From assembly GCF_000181795.1 (NCBI RefSeq), contig NW_003526943.1, forward strand, positions 1,118,487 through 1,182,486: a stretch of 64,000 bases of DNA, written 5' to 3'. Below the pieces are notes generated by a model. That model had not been told where the DNA came from. It ran no database searches and saw only the letters and a program-made list of their open reading frames with translations. Positions 26,011-39,317 of the stretch are shown piece by piece (the stretch's first letter is position 1; each line of letters begins with the position of its first letter). Made by a program: the position numbers and the translations under genes. The stretch comes from Trichinella spiralis (lineage: Eukaryota).

Positions 26011-29000
26011 TAAAGACAGTGAGCCTCACTAAGTTACTGTATTTGATTGTATTGTACGGAGCTCATTTTTTCTCCATTAAATAAGCAACGCATACATAGC
26101 AGCAGTCAGAAACAAATACCAATGAGATCTGTGGGAATTATGGCGCTTATATTGACATGAGATTTAGCAAACACAACAAATTCAGATTAAATTGGCTTGA
26201 AAAACAAAAACGTAAAGATTTTGAAGGATAGCAAAAGTCGTGAAAAATGTACCAAAACAGCCTTTGTAACTGGGTTGATTCATAAACTTCGTCCTCGCCA
26301 GTTAGCTTCTTTGACAGCACAGCATTTGAATGCTTTTCATTCCATTGCTAATGAACTTTATCAGCTTTTACATTTGTCTGATCGTCAATAAGATTTACTA
26401 TTTTGGAGTAATTCACAGTTTAAAACATCTACAGGAACTTGAATACTAGTTATGGTGGTGGATCTTTCAAGAACGACATTCTGAGATGGCGCTGCGTTGC
26501 AGAAGGTGCTGTTATAGTTCAAAGAGGGCCAGAGTTAAATGTAGATGACTTACTATCAACGTTTCCGCTCATTTTTATCTTTCGACAATGCATATGAAGT
26601 AGATGCTGTAGACACAATTGAACCCGCACTCTTGATTTAGATAATCACATTTTTTCTTCCAAAGTTCTTCCAAAGTAAAATTCCGTATAATTTCAGTCAT
26701 CATAACGAGCACACAGGGTAACCTAGAATATCAAGTAATGATAAAACGAATTAAATAAGTAGTGAATGAAAGAAACACTGAATGAAATAGCCAATAAAGC
26801 AGCAAACAAAATATGAATAATACAATGAAAAAGTGTAAATCACAAAAAGTATTTTGTTGTGATTAATTGTTATCTTTCATATCAAACTCTATACGACGAT
26901 GGGATATCTCACTTATCCACAGTTTGTGCTTATATATTAACAGAAAATACGAAAGGTGCGAGTTGTGTAATAAAAGAAAATAACAAAAAAAATAACAGTT
27001 GTTCTATCAAATGTGGAACAACTTCTGCAGTGATAACTATTATTTCTTTGGTGAACATTGCCATAATCTGCATGCCATGTCAAAACAAAGGAAAATCAAC
27101 ACTATTATGAAAGCTGTCTGCTGCATTTTTTTGCCAAGTAAATTATTTTAATTAATCAATTTTCAATAAAAAGCAAAACTATCTAAATACTGCCTGTTGA
27201 AAAAAATTTATAAGGAAATATGATTATTATATGTTTTTTCTGTCGTGGAGTAGATTCCAGCCTACGAATTCAAAGACAAGCATAGTGCCAACTATCAATC
27301 AGAGATTCAAATTGCAAATGTAGCAGAAACAAATCACATATTGCTTTATGTTTAACAATTTCTTACTGTCTCCCAAATTTCTGATAAGACTTTTTCATGA
27401 AGTAAGCAGTTTTTTAATGATTTACTAAATCAACATCATTTGTCAACCTTATTTGTCACTTATTTTGATGATAACAAGAATTTGTTTCATTTTTTTAATC
27501 AAGTTTAAAAAATTCTAGCGTTGTAAATAAACTGGTAATCAGGTAATATAATATTTTTTATGAGTCGCCCCTGCGCAGAATTTCATTCAGTTCCGCTAAA
27601 ATTCAAGTCCTGTTTATTCTTTCGACATTCTGCTTCAGTAAATTTACAGCTGAATGAAAACGTTTTTATTTAAAACATCAAAAGTAGCTTATCAGAAGTT
27701 TTGAACATCAATAAAAAATAAATTATTTCTTATAATTTGAGAATGCTTTTATGATTAAATCATCCTAATCAATTAGTCTCAGCAGTACTGTATTATGTCA
27801 TATTTTTTGCACTATTCTGAATTATGGCATGACAAATTTATCATTGCACTCTTATTCTTATTCTTATTCTTATACATATGCAGATTTTTAAATTGAGATA
27901 CATTTAATCATGATTTTGCTTCATAATAAATTAAGAAACAAGCAAATTTATTGCCTTGTTAATAAGTGTTTCTTAAGTTGCATAATCTACAATTTATATT
28001 ATTTTCATATATTTGCTGAATTTTGCAAATCCATTCCTAAAATAAACAGACAATATTTTCTTTCAAATTTCATTTTCATTTTCAAATGTTAAAAGCATTG
28101 TTTTCATTAATTTAAACTACAATAAAAGCAGTTGAAAATCATAGATTTACTTAACAAAAGTAGTGAAATCATCATAAATTGTCTTGTACAGTACAGTATA
28201 TTATTTTTACAAATTTCGACAATAGCTCTACCCGTTTCGTGATACAGCTTGATATGCATTCGTTATCTATATTTGAGCAGCTTTTAATTTCTACTTTGTT
28301 CTTGTTGAAATGATAAAGTACGTTCTGAATATCCAAAACTAAACAATGTATAAAAATTAGAAACACTGAACTAACACATTTCACCATATTATTTGCATCA
28401 TATAAAATAGCTGCTAAATTTGATGATTTAATTCAGGAATAGCAGTCATGCACGGCAATGAAATTGTTTAATTTTAAAATTCTTTACATTTGCTATAAAT
28501 ACGCAATGCTATTACAAAAAACTACACTATGAATGTTCAGTGCGTGTTCTTACTAAACTGCACATTTTACTTGCATAATAATAAAATGGTTCTGTAAAGC
28601 TAAACATCTGCTATTTTATTACTAATCTTCATTCTTTTTACTGCTATTTATTTCAAAGAAATTCTGCTTTAAAATTAATTTTAAACAGAGCACTGTATTT
28701 TACATTGTAGATTAAATGTAGATTCCATTAAAATAAAATGAATACAAAAAATGTGATGAATAAATGTCGAAAAGCTTATCTACTTTACATTGTCAAAAAT
28801 GAAATAATCTTTTCAATGTATATCAAAGAAAACAGATGACGTAGTGTTTGCCGTATATTGTTATTCCAACATTTTATGATTTAGTGACAATAGAGCACAC
28901 TTTTAGTTTTCTACTAATTGAATAAGCGGTGTGATTTTGGAACTTTTTATTATTTTATTACGGCTGCAAAAGCTATTAAACATGAAACATCTGCAACGTT

Positions 29001-29716
29001 CTTTGCATTAATTTGCACAAAATAAATTACAGCTAAAAAAATTTACTGAATAACAATAAATGCATGAATTATGTTATACAAATGCAAAATTGTCAAAGAT
29101 TTTATTTCAGCATGAAAATAAATGGCTGATTTTATGATATTTGATGTAGTAAAAATGAGTAACTTTTTCTTTAATAATATATGAGCTTCTTTAGAAAGCT
29201 TGAGAAGCTCTTGAAATAAACTATTCTGAAAAGTTTTGCAGATTAAACTAATTATAATGCTAAAGTCTAAAAATAAACGAAATTTTATGCAAAAAGCAGC
29301 AAAGCTCATTCAGTTTAATGTTTCATGCCTAATAATTCACCATTTCATATTTTTTGAATATAATTCGTGTATTACTGAAATGATCACATCAGCTAACTTT
29401 ATTAGTATGTGCATGTTTTATAAATTGGTTTAAATTGAAGCATTTAAATTAAAAATGAAATATTGTAAAACTATCAAATGCATTAAATTTAAGCTTGTCT
29501 TCTTATGCAGTTTTAGATGCCACTGTGCGAGAATGCAATGCTTTGTACAATTTTCTAATAAATAAATATTGAGCTGGCATATCACATTTTAACATGATCA
29601 GAAATCACAAATATTAAATTTCTCTACAAAGCAAATTAAAGATAGAAACTATTGGTAAAAAGGTGAAATAACTTACGCTTTCGACACTTTATCAACGCTT
29701 GATCCATTTTCAAACA

Positions 29717-31222
29717 CTAGCTATAATGTAAAGCAAAACGTTTCATTAAATTTTTCATTAAAGCAGTAGCAAAATTATTACTCAAGAAATCTTCAGATTT
29801 GTGCTCAGAATATTTTGGAGATTCTTCAATTGTAAAATTAGCAAGCTTTGTTTTGAACGCTGGTATGGAATGCTCTTCATCAACAGAACTTGCAGACAAG
29901 CATATAATAGAAGGACGTCGATTTTTCGGTCTGAAATTAAAATTGTCCGTCGGTGGTGAGCTCTCATTGCGATCAACGCTAGCAATTGATGACCATATTC
30001 CTGAGTTACGCTTTATATCGGCAATGTTCAACTTTTCTGCCGTATTCACACGAGTGAGTGTAAATTTCCGTTCCTTGGGTGATCGGATAATTTGTATTAC
30101 ACCGACGCTGGAATTTGAGGTATTTTCGTCAGTGTGTGAATGATTGATTTCACTCTCCTCAACTATGATGTTCAGTTGTCTAGATCCATTTTCTTCAAAC
30201 GCGTCACCTTTCCCTAAATCAGAAAATAGTTTTTCCAATCCAACATACAGCTGATCTAAAGTCAGCTTGTAGCTGAGCTCAACTCGAGCTTGGATGACGT
30301 TGATGCACACTGATACCAATGCCAAACCGATAATAAAAATTGGAAAGCCAAGCAGTGTAATACCGGTACTTTCAGGAACCACATCCCCAAATCCAATTGT
30401 ACTGAGCGAAATGAAGAAAAAATAAAATGCCGTCAAATAATCCCACTCTGTTTCCCACATTTTCAAAATAGCCGCGCACAAAATAATGTACAAACCAACC
30501 ATTGAAAGTGCCAAAGGTAATGGTACGCTGTCATCTTCTGGATCGTGTTCTAATTTCACCGATATACCACCATCCGCATTGGAAGACATTTGTCTTTTTG
30601 GTGGCCAATTAAGTGTTAATGCAGTCTGTGATTTTTCACCAAGCTTTCCAATTAAACGATGCAACTTTGACCACCACTTTTTAGCTAAACGAAACAATCG
30701 GTTGCCAAGGCTGTTGACCAGTGTCAGCATTAGCGGTATGCCAAATATAGCATAAATAATGGTTACCGTTCTACCCCAGAATGTAGAACAAGTTAAATTA
30801 CCATATCCAATTGTTGTAAAAATAGTGCTAGCGTAGAACAGCGCATCAGCATAGTTGCATTCACGACGGGGATGCTTTTTTTCTACGCCTAATGAAATAT
30901 CATGACGTTGAAGAATTGACTCGAATTCCATTGTTACATATTTCAGTGATAAACTTTTATTTTTTTGTATCGTTTGAAGAAGCGCTGCTACTGTAGCCCT
31001 CCGTTTTAGGGCAATATCACGGGCGTTGATTATACTGGAATCTGACGGGCAGTCAACAAAATAAAAAACTGTGGCACCTAATAGGCCATATACAATAAGC
31101 AGTATACATAGTAAGGCATCACGAAATCCAAAACGCACATAAAGTACTTTCAGCCTTTCCCAAATTTCAGATTTAGAAAATGAGCAGCTTTTCGACAATT
31201 TATTGTGTTCTACACTGTTCAT
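29717..31222 (-). CDS. twk: TWiK-family two-pore-domain potassium channel
   Basis: One long ORF with four TM segments and pore motifs TIFTTIGYG and SLSTIGFGD. First ATG at 31222. The C-terminus may be extended by a small exon near 29676-29716 (donor GTAAGT). Confidence 0.92.
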   Translation of the reverse strand: MNSVEHNKLSKSCSFSKSEIWERLKVLYVRFGFRDALLCILLIVYGLLGATVFYFVDCPSDSSIINARDIALKRRATVAALLQTIQKNKSLSLKYVTMEFESILQRHDISLGVEKKHPRRECNYADALFYASTIFTTIGYGNLTCSTFWGRTVTIIYAIFGIPLMLTLVNSLGNRLFRLAKKWWSKLHRLIGKLGEKSQTALTLNWPPKRQMSSNADGGISVKLEHDPEDDSVPLPLALSMVGLYIILCAAILKMWETEWDYLTAFYFFFISLSTIGFGDVVPESTGITLLGFPIFIIGLALVSVCINVIQARVELSYKLTLDQLYVGLEKLFSDLGKGDAFEENGSRQLNIIVEESEINHSHTDENTSNSSVGVIQIIRSPKERKFTLTRVNTAEKLNIADIKRNSGIWSSIASVDRNESSPPTDNFNFRPKNRRPSIICLSASSVDEEHSIPAFKTKLANFTIEESPKYSEHKSEDFLSNNFATALMKNLMKRFALHYS

Positions 31223-34010
31223 ATTTGTCAAATTTACTTAACAAACAGGATGAGAAGCAACGTTAGCAAAAAATATTTACCCATACATTTCCATTTATTG
31301 TTCTCGATCTTTCTCACAAAGATGAAAAATGTAAATTTAGTTTCAAAAATACGCAAAAAGTTGACAAAAATCAGAAAATAAAAAATTCGCATGTGCACCG
31401 CAAACAGTTAGCTGTGACTGCAATTTAGTTTGCCAATGAATTGGAAAAGCTGTTAAATACGGACGCCTTGGTACAGCACGACTAACCGAACGCATAGGCT
31501 GTGTAATGTAAACAGACGATCCAGCTAACATTGAATTTGTTAGTTTGAAAAAAAGGCATTCACGATTTTGCTTTAATATGTCATACAACACACAAACGAT
31601 AGTTTTTTTTTCGTTTCATACCATGCACATGCAGCTGTCAGCAGGAAAATTGGCAAGGCAGCAAATAAATGGCATTGCAAACGTTCATATTCGAATAATT
31701 CACGCCACGTATAAAATTTCACTATTTGAACACATTCTCTTTTAATTTCGATTACATTTTGCCGTGTAAATTACAATTATAAATGATTCTAAGACGGTAT
31801 CTTTAAATTCATCAGTATTATAAGCTGCACAAATAAAAATAATTTACACATATGCATGTTAGTAATCATACAATTATAATCATACAATTTTCATAAAAGT
31901 ACATCACATTTATTATTTTATGATTTATCACTAACAACTTTTGCAACTAATTTGTTTATTTTATAACAAATTTGTTTTTTTTAATATACAGAAGCAAAAC
32001 TTTCTTTATAATTTGATAAATTACAACGAAATTTGATTCATCCTTAGATCCCTGGCAGTTCAACATTATAGGCAATATATGCTTTATTTTTGCATTGGCA
32101 GCAACAGCAATATTTATTTATTGAAAGACAGCTAATTAATGTAGTGATACAAGCGCACACGCACAAATGCAAACATAAGCGCATACTTCTAGCATGATTT
32201 AAAGGATTTTTCTCTGATTTTTAATATTATTCAATTTAAATTTAATATATTTGCTTTTAAAATAATTTTTTGTGCTTGAATCACATTCTTCACAAAAAAT
32301 GTTTAAATAATGTATTTACGGATGCAAAACATTAGCAAAAAATAGCAAACTATCATGATTAATCGAGAAAAAATTTTCAGTGGCATTTATTTTAGAATAT
32401 TTTTTGTGAGCTGTTGAACATTTTAGCATGTTTCCTATTTTCGTACATTGCTCATCATTTAAAACGTGTTACAAGTTTTTCTGAGGTATTTCTGCATAGC
32501 TCAAGTCAATAAAGCGAGCCCAGAATGTTTGTCAAAATATATATTCATTGAATATAATTCTTGCCTACAAACAGATTCATGAGTAATACCTTTGTTGCTT
32601 TGAGCAATCTGAATTTGTTAGCATCCTGTAACAGGAAGGATAAAGTAGCAAAAAAATAAAAACTGATATTGAAAAAAATATCCATTCAAAATTTATAACT
32701 CAAACATTGATCTTGTTTTCAAATTTTTATAACATTCAACAAATACATTAAAGTAAAGTAAAATAACGAAATTACTGAAACTTTTAAATTTCTGTTTTTG
32801 TTTTTAGAACATTTTGCAAAACATTTTGCACACTTTTTAATGTAAAACACCATTAGGAATGCAATGAAATTTTAGACAGTTGATAATCTGCAGTGTATAA
32901 ACAGTGAAATAAGCTTAAAAATTTCATTATGAAAGCAACTCTCCTAAAATAATTTTCATCTTACTTATCAAATACTGTAATTTTATGAATACAGAAACAT
33001 CTTGATTTTTGTAGCAGTTACCAAAGTTAATTAAGTTTGCAGGTCTCTTTTTGTGAAGTATTAAATGAAGTTGTAATTTTTTTAATTAGTTTTGATGTTT
33101 TTGTTATCAATTGTATTGGATGAAATACTGAAGTTTGCTTAACATTCCTGTGCATTTTATTGATATTGATATTGGTAATCTTTCAAAATAATAATGTAAA
33201 GATATAATATTTTGTTATATAAAATTTGCAGTTTTATAATGTCTTAAACAATGAGTGGAGATGTGGAAGTTTTGTTGAAAAAACTATTTTAAAAGACTTA
33301 TTGATTTTTTATTGTTATCTTTACGATGAGTTGATGAAATCGAATACTAATAAGGTGAAATTTAATTAAATGTTGTACGATGAAGAAATTACTTTTTAAA
33401 ATGTTTCAAGAATGTCATAGTAGATGTTAATACCATTAATTTTCATTTAGATAAAATCATTTTATTTATTATTAATTTATAAATGGAATTTTTATGTTCC
33501 AAGTCTTGTCAGAATGTTACAGAAATTGAAATGACGACATTGTACCAAGCACAAAAGCTTGAGTAGGAGTTGGCATGTTTTGTGCACTTTTGAAATCAGG
33601 TTTCTTGTAGATTTGATTGTTTGTTTGAAAATGACATTTTACGAAATGGGCAAAATGTTAAATTGCTTACTTTACTTACACAAATTACTTAATTAAATTA
33701 TAACTTCAGATCAAAGGCAAAAAGGTTGCTAGTTTATAATCATCAGCATTTACATTTGTTATCAGTATTTTGATCAATTCTGTCCGAGGCAGGCTGTGAT
33801 TATTATTTTTTTAATCTTTTTTACGTTTGAATATAAATACTTATTATTAATTATGATTTTTTTGAATTTGTTGTACTTATTTATTCTGTATGTATGAATG
33901 TTATCAATCTGAAAAGAGTATCGGTGTTTGGAATGTGTTTGTTCATGTTTCAGTTGCTTTGCTTTGCATCATACAAAATAAATTTTTAAGTTTGATATAA
34001 AAGAAAAAGA

Positions 34011-35135
34011 ATGAAGAATCCTGCAATTGTACCCACAATTCCAGAAGATTTGGATGGCGATCGTCGATGGATGTCAATGGTAGAATGAATTTTGCAATTG
34101 TTTGAAGTACTTTTTTTAAATATTGCTTTTGCAGCACGAACGTTTTGTATCCGAAGCGAAATCTAGGGAACCGGATGTACTTTTTATTGGCGATTCTCAC
34201 ATTTTGTATTTCGAACAAAGTGAAGCTTATCATGAACTTTTCGAACCGCTCCATTGCCTTTGCTTTGCCATCGGCGGTGATACAACGGCAACTGTTTTAT
34301 GGCGTTTGCAGCACGAAGAACTGGATTGCATTTCTCCAAAAGTATTTGCTTTTATTGTTTTGCTTTTTTAATTAAATTATTCATTGTTTTTTAAAACACA
34401 GTTTAATTTCATGATAATTCTAATTTTTAATGTTATATTTTAATTTTGAAATAAAAGTAAGTGATCAATTTCATAATAGCTTTATGAAGCGGCTGCAGTT
34501 TTAAACGTAGCTACCTGATTTTGTTAGCATCCTTCCCTTTCACGTGTTATGATGTTTTTTTTTCTAACAGCAAAGCTTATTGATGTTGTCGAAGTGGTAG
34601 CAAAAGTGATATCGTTTTATTAATTTCAGGTTATAGTATTGTTAATTGGAACGAATAACCGTGAAAAGAATTCTCAGCAAATTCTTGAAGGCATTGCTGC
34701 CGTGGCGCAGTTAATTTCAGAGAAACAACCTCAAGCGCAGCTTTTCGTTCTAGTTAGCTTATGGCACAAAAGAATATTTTTCAAAGAATCATTCATTAAA
34801 AATTTTATTTTATTATTTGTTAGACAATTCCACCCCGGGGTCGTTATCCAAATCCAAAAAGGGATCTAATAATTCAAATCAACTCCGGAATGAACAATGC
34901 GCTCAAGCACATTCCAAACTGCAAAATATTGGACATAACAGAAGGCTTTATTTGTATGCTTTTTATTATTCATTTGCTGCTTATTACCTTATTATTTATT
35001 CATTTAGCCTCTGAAGGTGAAATTCATCACACTGTTCTTTATGATTATTTGCACTTGACGAGCTCAACGTATTGGAAAGCGTTTAAAGTTGTCCATTCGG
35101 CCATACTCGAAATTTTGCTGCCATACAGTTGCTAG
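34011..35135 (+). CDS. PAFAH1B2: Platelet-activating factor acetylhydrolase IB catalytic subunit (SGNH hydrolase)
   Basis: Exons 34011-34079, 34135-34341, 34630-34752, 34824-34953 and 35008-35135, all in phase. Motifs: NPAIVP..D.DGDRRWMSMHERFV, FIGDS, IGGDTT..VLWRL, LIGTNN and YDYLHLT. Confidence 0.93.
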
Positions 35136-35392
35136 TATCAAATTATTTTTTTAAAAATATTTCGTCTTGTCATGCCTTCACCGTTTCACATAAATTATTT
35201 ATTCATTTATTAACTTGAATCATTTATTAACACTTGGTAAAGAAGAAACCTCGTGGTAATTTTCCTGATACTTAGTGATTTTGATTTTTTTTGGACTCCC
35301 TTTTGCTTCTTTTTTTTTATTTAAATTTTTTTAAGTTTTGTTGTTTGAATTGCAGAGAAATGTTTGCTTTTTCTTTGCATGAAACAACAGAG

Positions 35393-38149
35393 TCAGAATA
35401 AAATTTGATTGAAGAAGCACAACCCTGTTAGGGGCATGAACAGCATTAGCAGGAGATAGATTTGGCCGGAGCCGATTTTCAAGGCTGAGTTGCAAAGATC
35501 GTTGGACAAGCAAACGCAAATGTGCGCCATTGAATCGTACATGAAGTCCACCACGCTGCATCCTTGCCAGCCGTGTTTGATTGGACGATCCCAGAGGCGA
35601 TCCCAACATTCACGTACAACATAAATTTCATCTTAAAATTAAAATTTTCTCGATTAAGCTCTATTTGACTGAGAGAAGCATACATGTTCCACCACCACCA
35701 CCACCACAACAACAACAATGACACACACCTTGGAAAGTGCCCTTGATTTTCACACAAGCTCCACTGGAACAATAGTAAATTGGTACCAGATGACGACCAG
35801 GAAGTTCAGTGGGCAGTGTTTCGCGACAGTGGTCATCGCTGACTGGAACCCGCATATTTTTGCTTGTCAAATAATTTTTCAAATTATCCTCACTCAAATT
35901 GGAATTTTCCGAGCTGTGAACCGTGACGCAGGACAAACAATAAGAAAAGTTTTTCACATTCTGCTCAGTGTAGCCTGAAATGAACATTATTATTCCACAT
36001 CATCCCGTGTTCCACGCAAAAAAACAGCATTCATAACCGATGGCAAAAATCCCAATATCGCTACTGATTTCAATTATTTCAAAATGAACACAGTGCAAAA
36101 GATGCAAATTCTAGAATGGTCGTTTGCAACATTTAAGAATTTGATTAAAAAAAACAAGACTTGCAGTGTTTCAATTTATCGTATATTAAAGCAAAATAAA
36201 AAGATTATGGAAAACATGAAATGTTAAATTTTAAAGTAATTTTTTTCCCATTTGTGAATGACCTGTAACATGGATAATTTTATTAATATAAAAGAAGAAG
36301 AATATTAAAATTGATCTATCGACATGCGGCATTTAAAAAATATATTCACACTGCTGTGCTTCGTTTTTACAAAATGTGTTTGGTTGCTGCATGTAAAATT
36401 TTAGAATATTTAAATTTTAGAATTTCCTTTTTTTCAACCTAATCAGTGCAGGTTGAAGTTGTGCAAAACTTGAACTTTTTGAAATGCATTTTTACGCTTT
36501 GACATTTGAATGTAATATTCCACTGAAAAGCAGTAACGACAACAACGAGAAGAAGAAGAAGCCATCAAGAATTGAAAGCTTCGTCATGATGCAATAACAA
36601 AATATGACTTATTTTGAAAAAATGCATTTATTAATCCCACGAGATTTGCATCGTTTTTTTCATCTTGATTTAATAAAAATGACTATTTTGCTGTCAACGA
36701 ATGAAAGAAAATCCATATCATTTTTTATCACTTACTTTTACCTTCTATGGTTAATTCAAGCGTTGAAATACAACTAGATTCCCTTGGATCACTTAAATGA
36801 CATGACTTACGGAACAACTTACGTCTTAATGAATGATATATTTACACTTTGCTGAATATATTTAACAATTTTAGATGTTATTTTATTCATTTTTTTTAAA
36901 AACATGAAACTTCAAAGTGAAATTTGAGTTTAAATCTAACAACATCTTGCAATATTGCTTTTGCTGCTTGCTGCTTTTCAATCAAATTCAACTACGTCAC
37001 TTTTTTCACATTACTCAATCCATTATTATATATATAGAAAAAACTCTTGCTTAAAAAAATCACTTGCTTTTTCAGATACAAATTGATATAAACAAATTTT
37101 TTCAGCAATTTAATTTTTCTCTCTCTTATAAGCTTCTTCATTGCACTTATTGCATATTTGCAATGCTTGAATCGAATCGAATCAAATCGAGCTGTTTCTT
37201 AATGTACATATTTTGCTCATCTTTTCATCATGAGCGTTAAAACATTAAACAAATGCATTGGTTAAATTTTAAATTCATTTAACAAACAAACACAATTTAA
37301 ATATCATTTAAATAAATTGTATACAATTTGATACTGCTTTTTAAATTTGAACAAATTTTGGAAAAAACTTTTTCTACTTTTGAACAACTCATTCCTAAAT
37401 ATAAATGATTTCAATTTGAAAAATACTATCATTTATCATAAGAGCAGAAGAAAAATTTTTTTCAATTTACTAGAATCATATTCGAAACAAATTGTGCTTC
37501 AATAAAGAATGCATTCAGCACGTATAAATTATTTTTCCGTCTTTGGAGACGATTTTAATTTAACGGCCGGCTAATCAATTGTGGACAAAGGAAAACAGAA
37601 AATTGAATTGTACTGGCGGATTTCTCGCACAAAGGTGTTTACTAGTGTCTTTGTTTATTCTTCCTTCATGACAGTTTGGGAAATTATTTATTAAATCAGC
37701 AAAAGGCATGCATTATGGACTGCTTTATTTGTACTAATCTTATAAACTTTCCGATAGCTACAAACAACAAAAAGGAATTTCTCTTCTATAGCACTTGAAA
37801 ATGAATGATCACACCTCGAGCATCGTTTATATTAATACAAGGCATCAGCGTGACCATTTTCACAATGATTAAACTATAAATATCTTGAATTCTTCAGTGC
37901 ATTTGATATAACGCATTAACGACTAAGAATATTAAGAGGGGAATTTGAAGTAAGATTTCAGGATATAAATTTTTATGAAAACGGAAACAAACACCGTTTA
38001 AATGTCAAATTTTGTAAATTTAAAACACTAAAATTAATTTTCTATTTTTTTTTCACTGCATAAAGTATAGTGTATTTTTACTTACCGTTTGCATGCAAAG
38101 CTGCAAACAAGAAAATAAAAAAACTGAACAGAGCTGCGAGAACTAACAT
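35393..38149 (-). CDS. GPI-anchored Ly6/uPAR three-finger protein (ODR-2/HOT or quiver-like), 182 aa
   Basis: Exons 38149-38086 (signal peptide MLVLAALFSFFIFLFAALHAN), 35974-35729 and 35631-35393, joined by phase-1 introns. Ten Cys from YCLSC to ICVCLSNDLCNS are followed by a hydrophobic C-terminal tail. Confidence 0.85.
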
Positions 38150-39317
38150 CTCTTAGATGTACTTGTCTTGCATGATGCAGATGGGAAAGGTGTATTATTT
38201 TAATAAAATTACGTTTAAGGAACGCTACACGTTTTAACATCAACGCCGGATAGCGGGGCACACGGTGGGCTTCCGCTGGCTACCTTGGGGAAGGATCGGT
38301 TGAAATCGATTCACCCTCACCAAGCAGCCAGCCAACTGCTAGCTCGCTAGCTAGCTCTATTTCTTCCATTCAGTTAGCTGGTTGGCCGCCGTTGCACGAC
38401 ATGTGACGGCAACGGCAAATGCTACTCATAGATCAATAAGCCGCTGTTCAAGCTTTAACTTCACGCCCCACTAAAGTATAATCGCCAATTAAAGGCTGAC
38501 AATGCAGTAAACCTGCTTCATAACTGACCTGCGCAAGAATCGATGCGCAAAAATTGCTGCTATTCCTTTTTTTTCTTTTTTATTTTCTCTGATAAGCAAA
38601 AATTAACACGCGAGATAACACGCAGGTTATGCAGATGATTTATGAACAAGTCAAACCAATTGGCATTTACAACTTGCCGCTTAAGAAACGATTTTCTCTC
38701 TCAACATCACTCACCCGTGAGAACGTATGTCAATTTTTTAAATCTGAAATTCATGACATTTTCCAACTTTTTATGTTTTTACCACCATATTAACTAACTT
38801 TAAGCTTTTATTAAAAAAGCACTACAGTTTATAATTTGAAAATTTCCCATTCTGAATTGTTCTGTGGAAATTTTTTATTTTGTAACTTTTATCATTTTAT
38901 TATTTTGCGCTAAAGATGACAGATGAAAAATATTAATGCACTTCACATATATTTATTTTTTAATAATCACACTATAAGGAAAGTTTAGTTTAAAATACAA
39001 TGCAATAAAATAAAACGACGCATTGTAGCACTTAAAATGCCAAATTAATTCAAATAAGAAAAAACTTTTACCATAATATATCAAAAAAGCACATGATGAT
39101 ATTCTTTAATATTTTTAGAATACAAGTATAATAAAATGTTTGATTTTGTTTTTACAAGATTTGCAAATTTAAACAGCATTTGGAACAACTTTCTGTGTTA
39201 TTTTTGATTCGCATTCCCTAGTTCTATATCAATTAATGCTTTGAGCCATAGAAACAGGGAATATAGTCTGATGGATTGTTTGACTCTCTGATCAATTGCT
39301 GAAATTATGCATTTTGC

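Noticed and set aside
26380..26640. Possible extra minus-strand coding exons downstream of the TWK gene
   Set aside because: Only short open frames. I could not build a phase-consistent connection.
35479..35772. ORFs with poly-Leu/Trp or poly-Cys/Gly runs
   Set aside because: Artefacts of a (CCA)n(CAA)n microsatellite in Ly6 intron 2.
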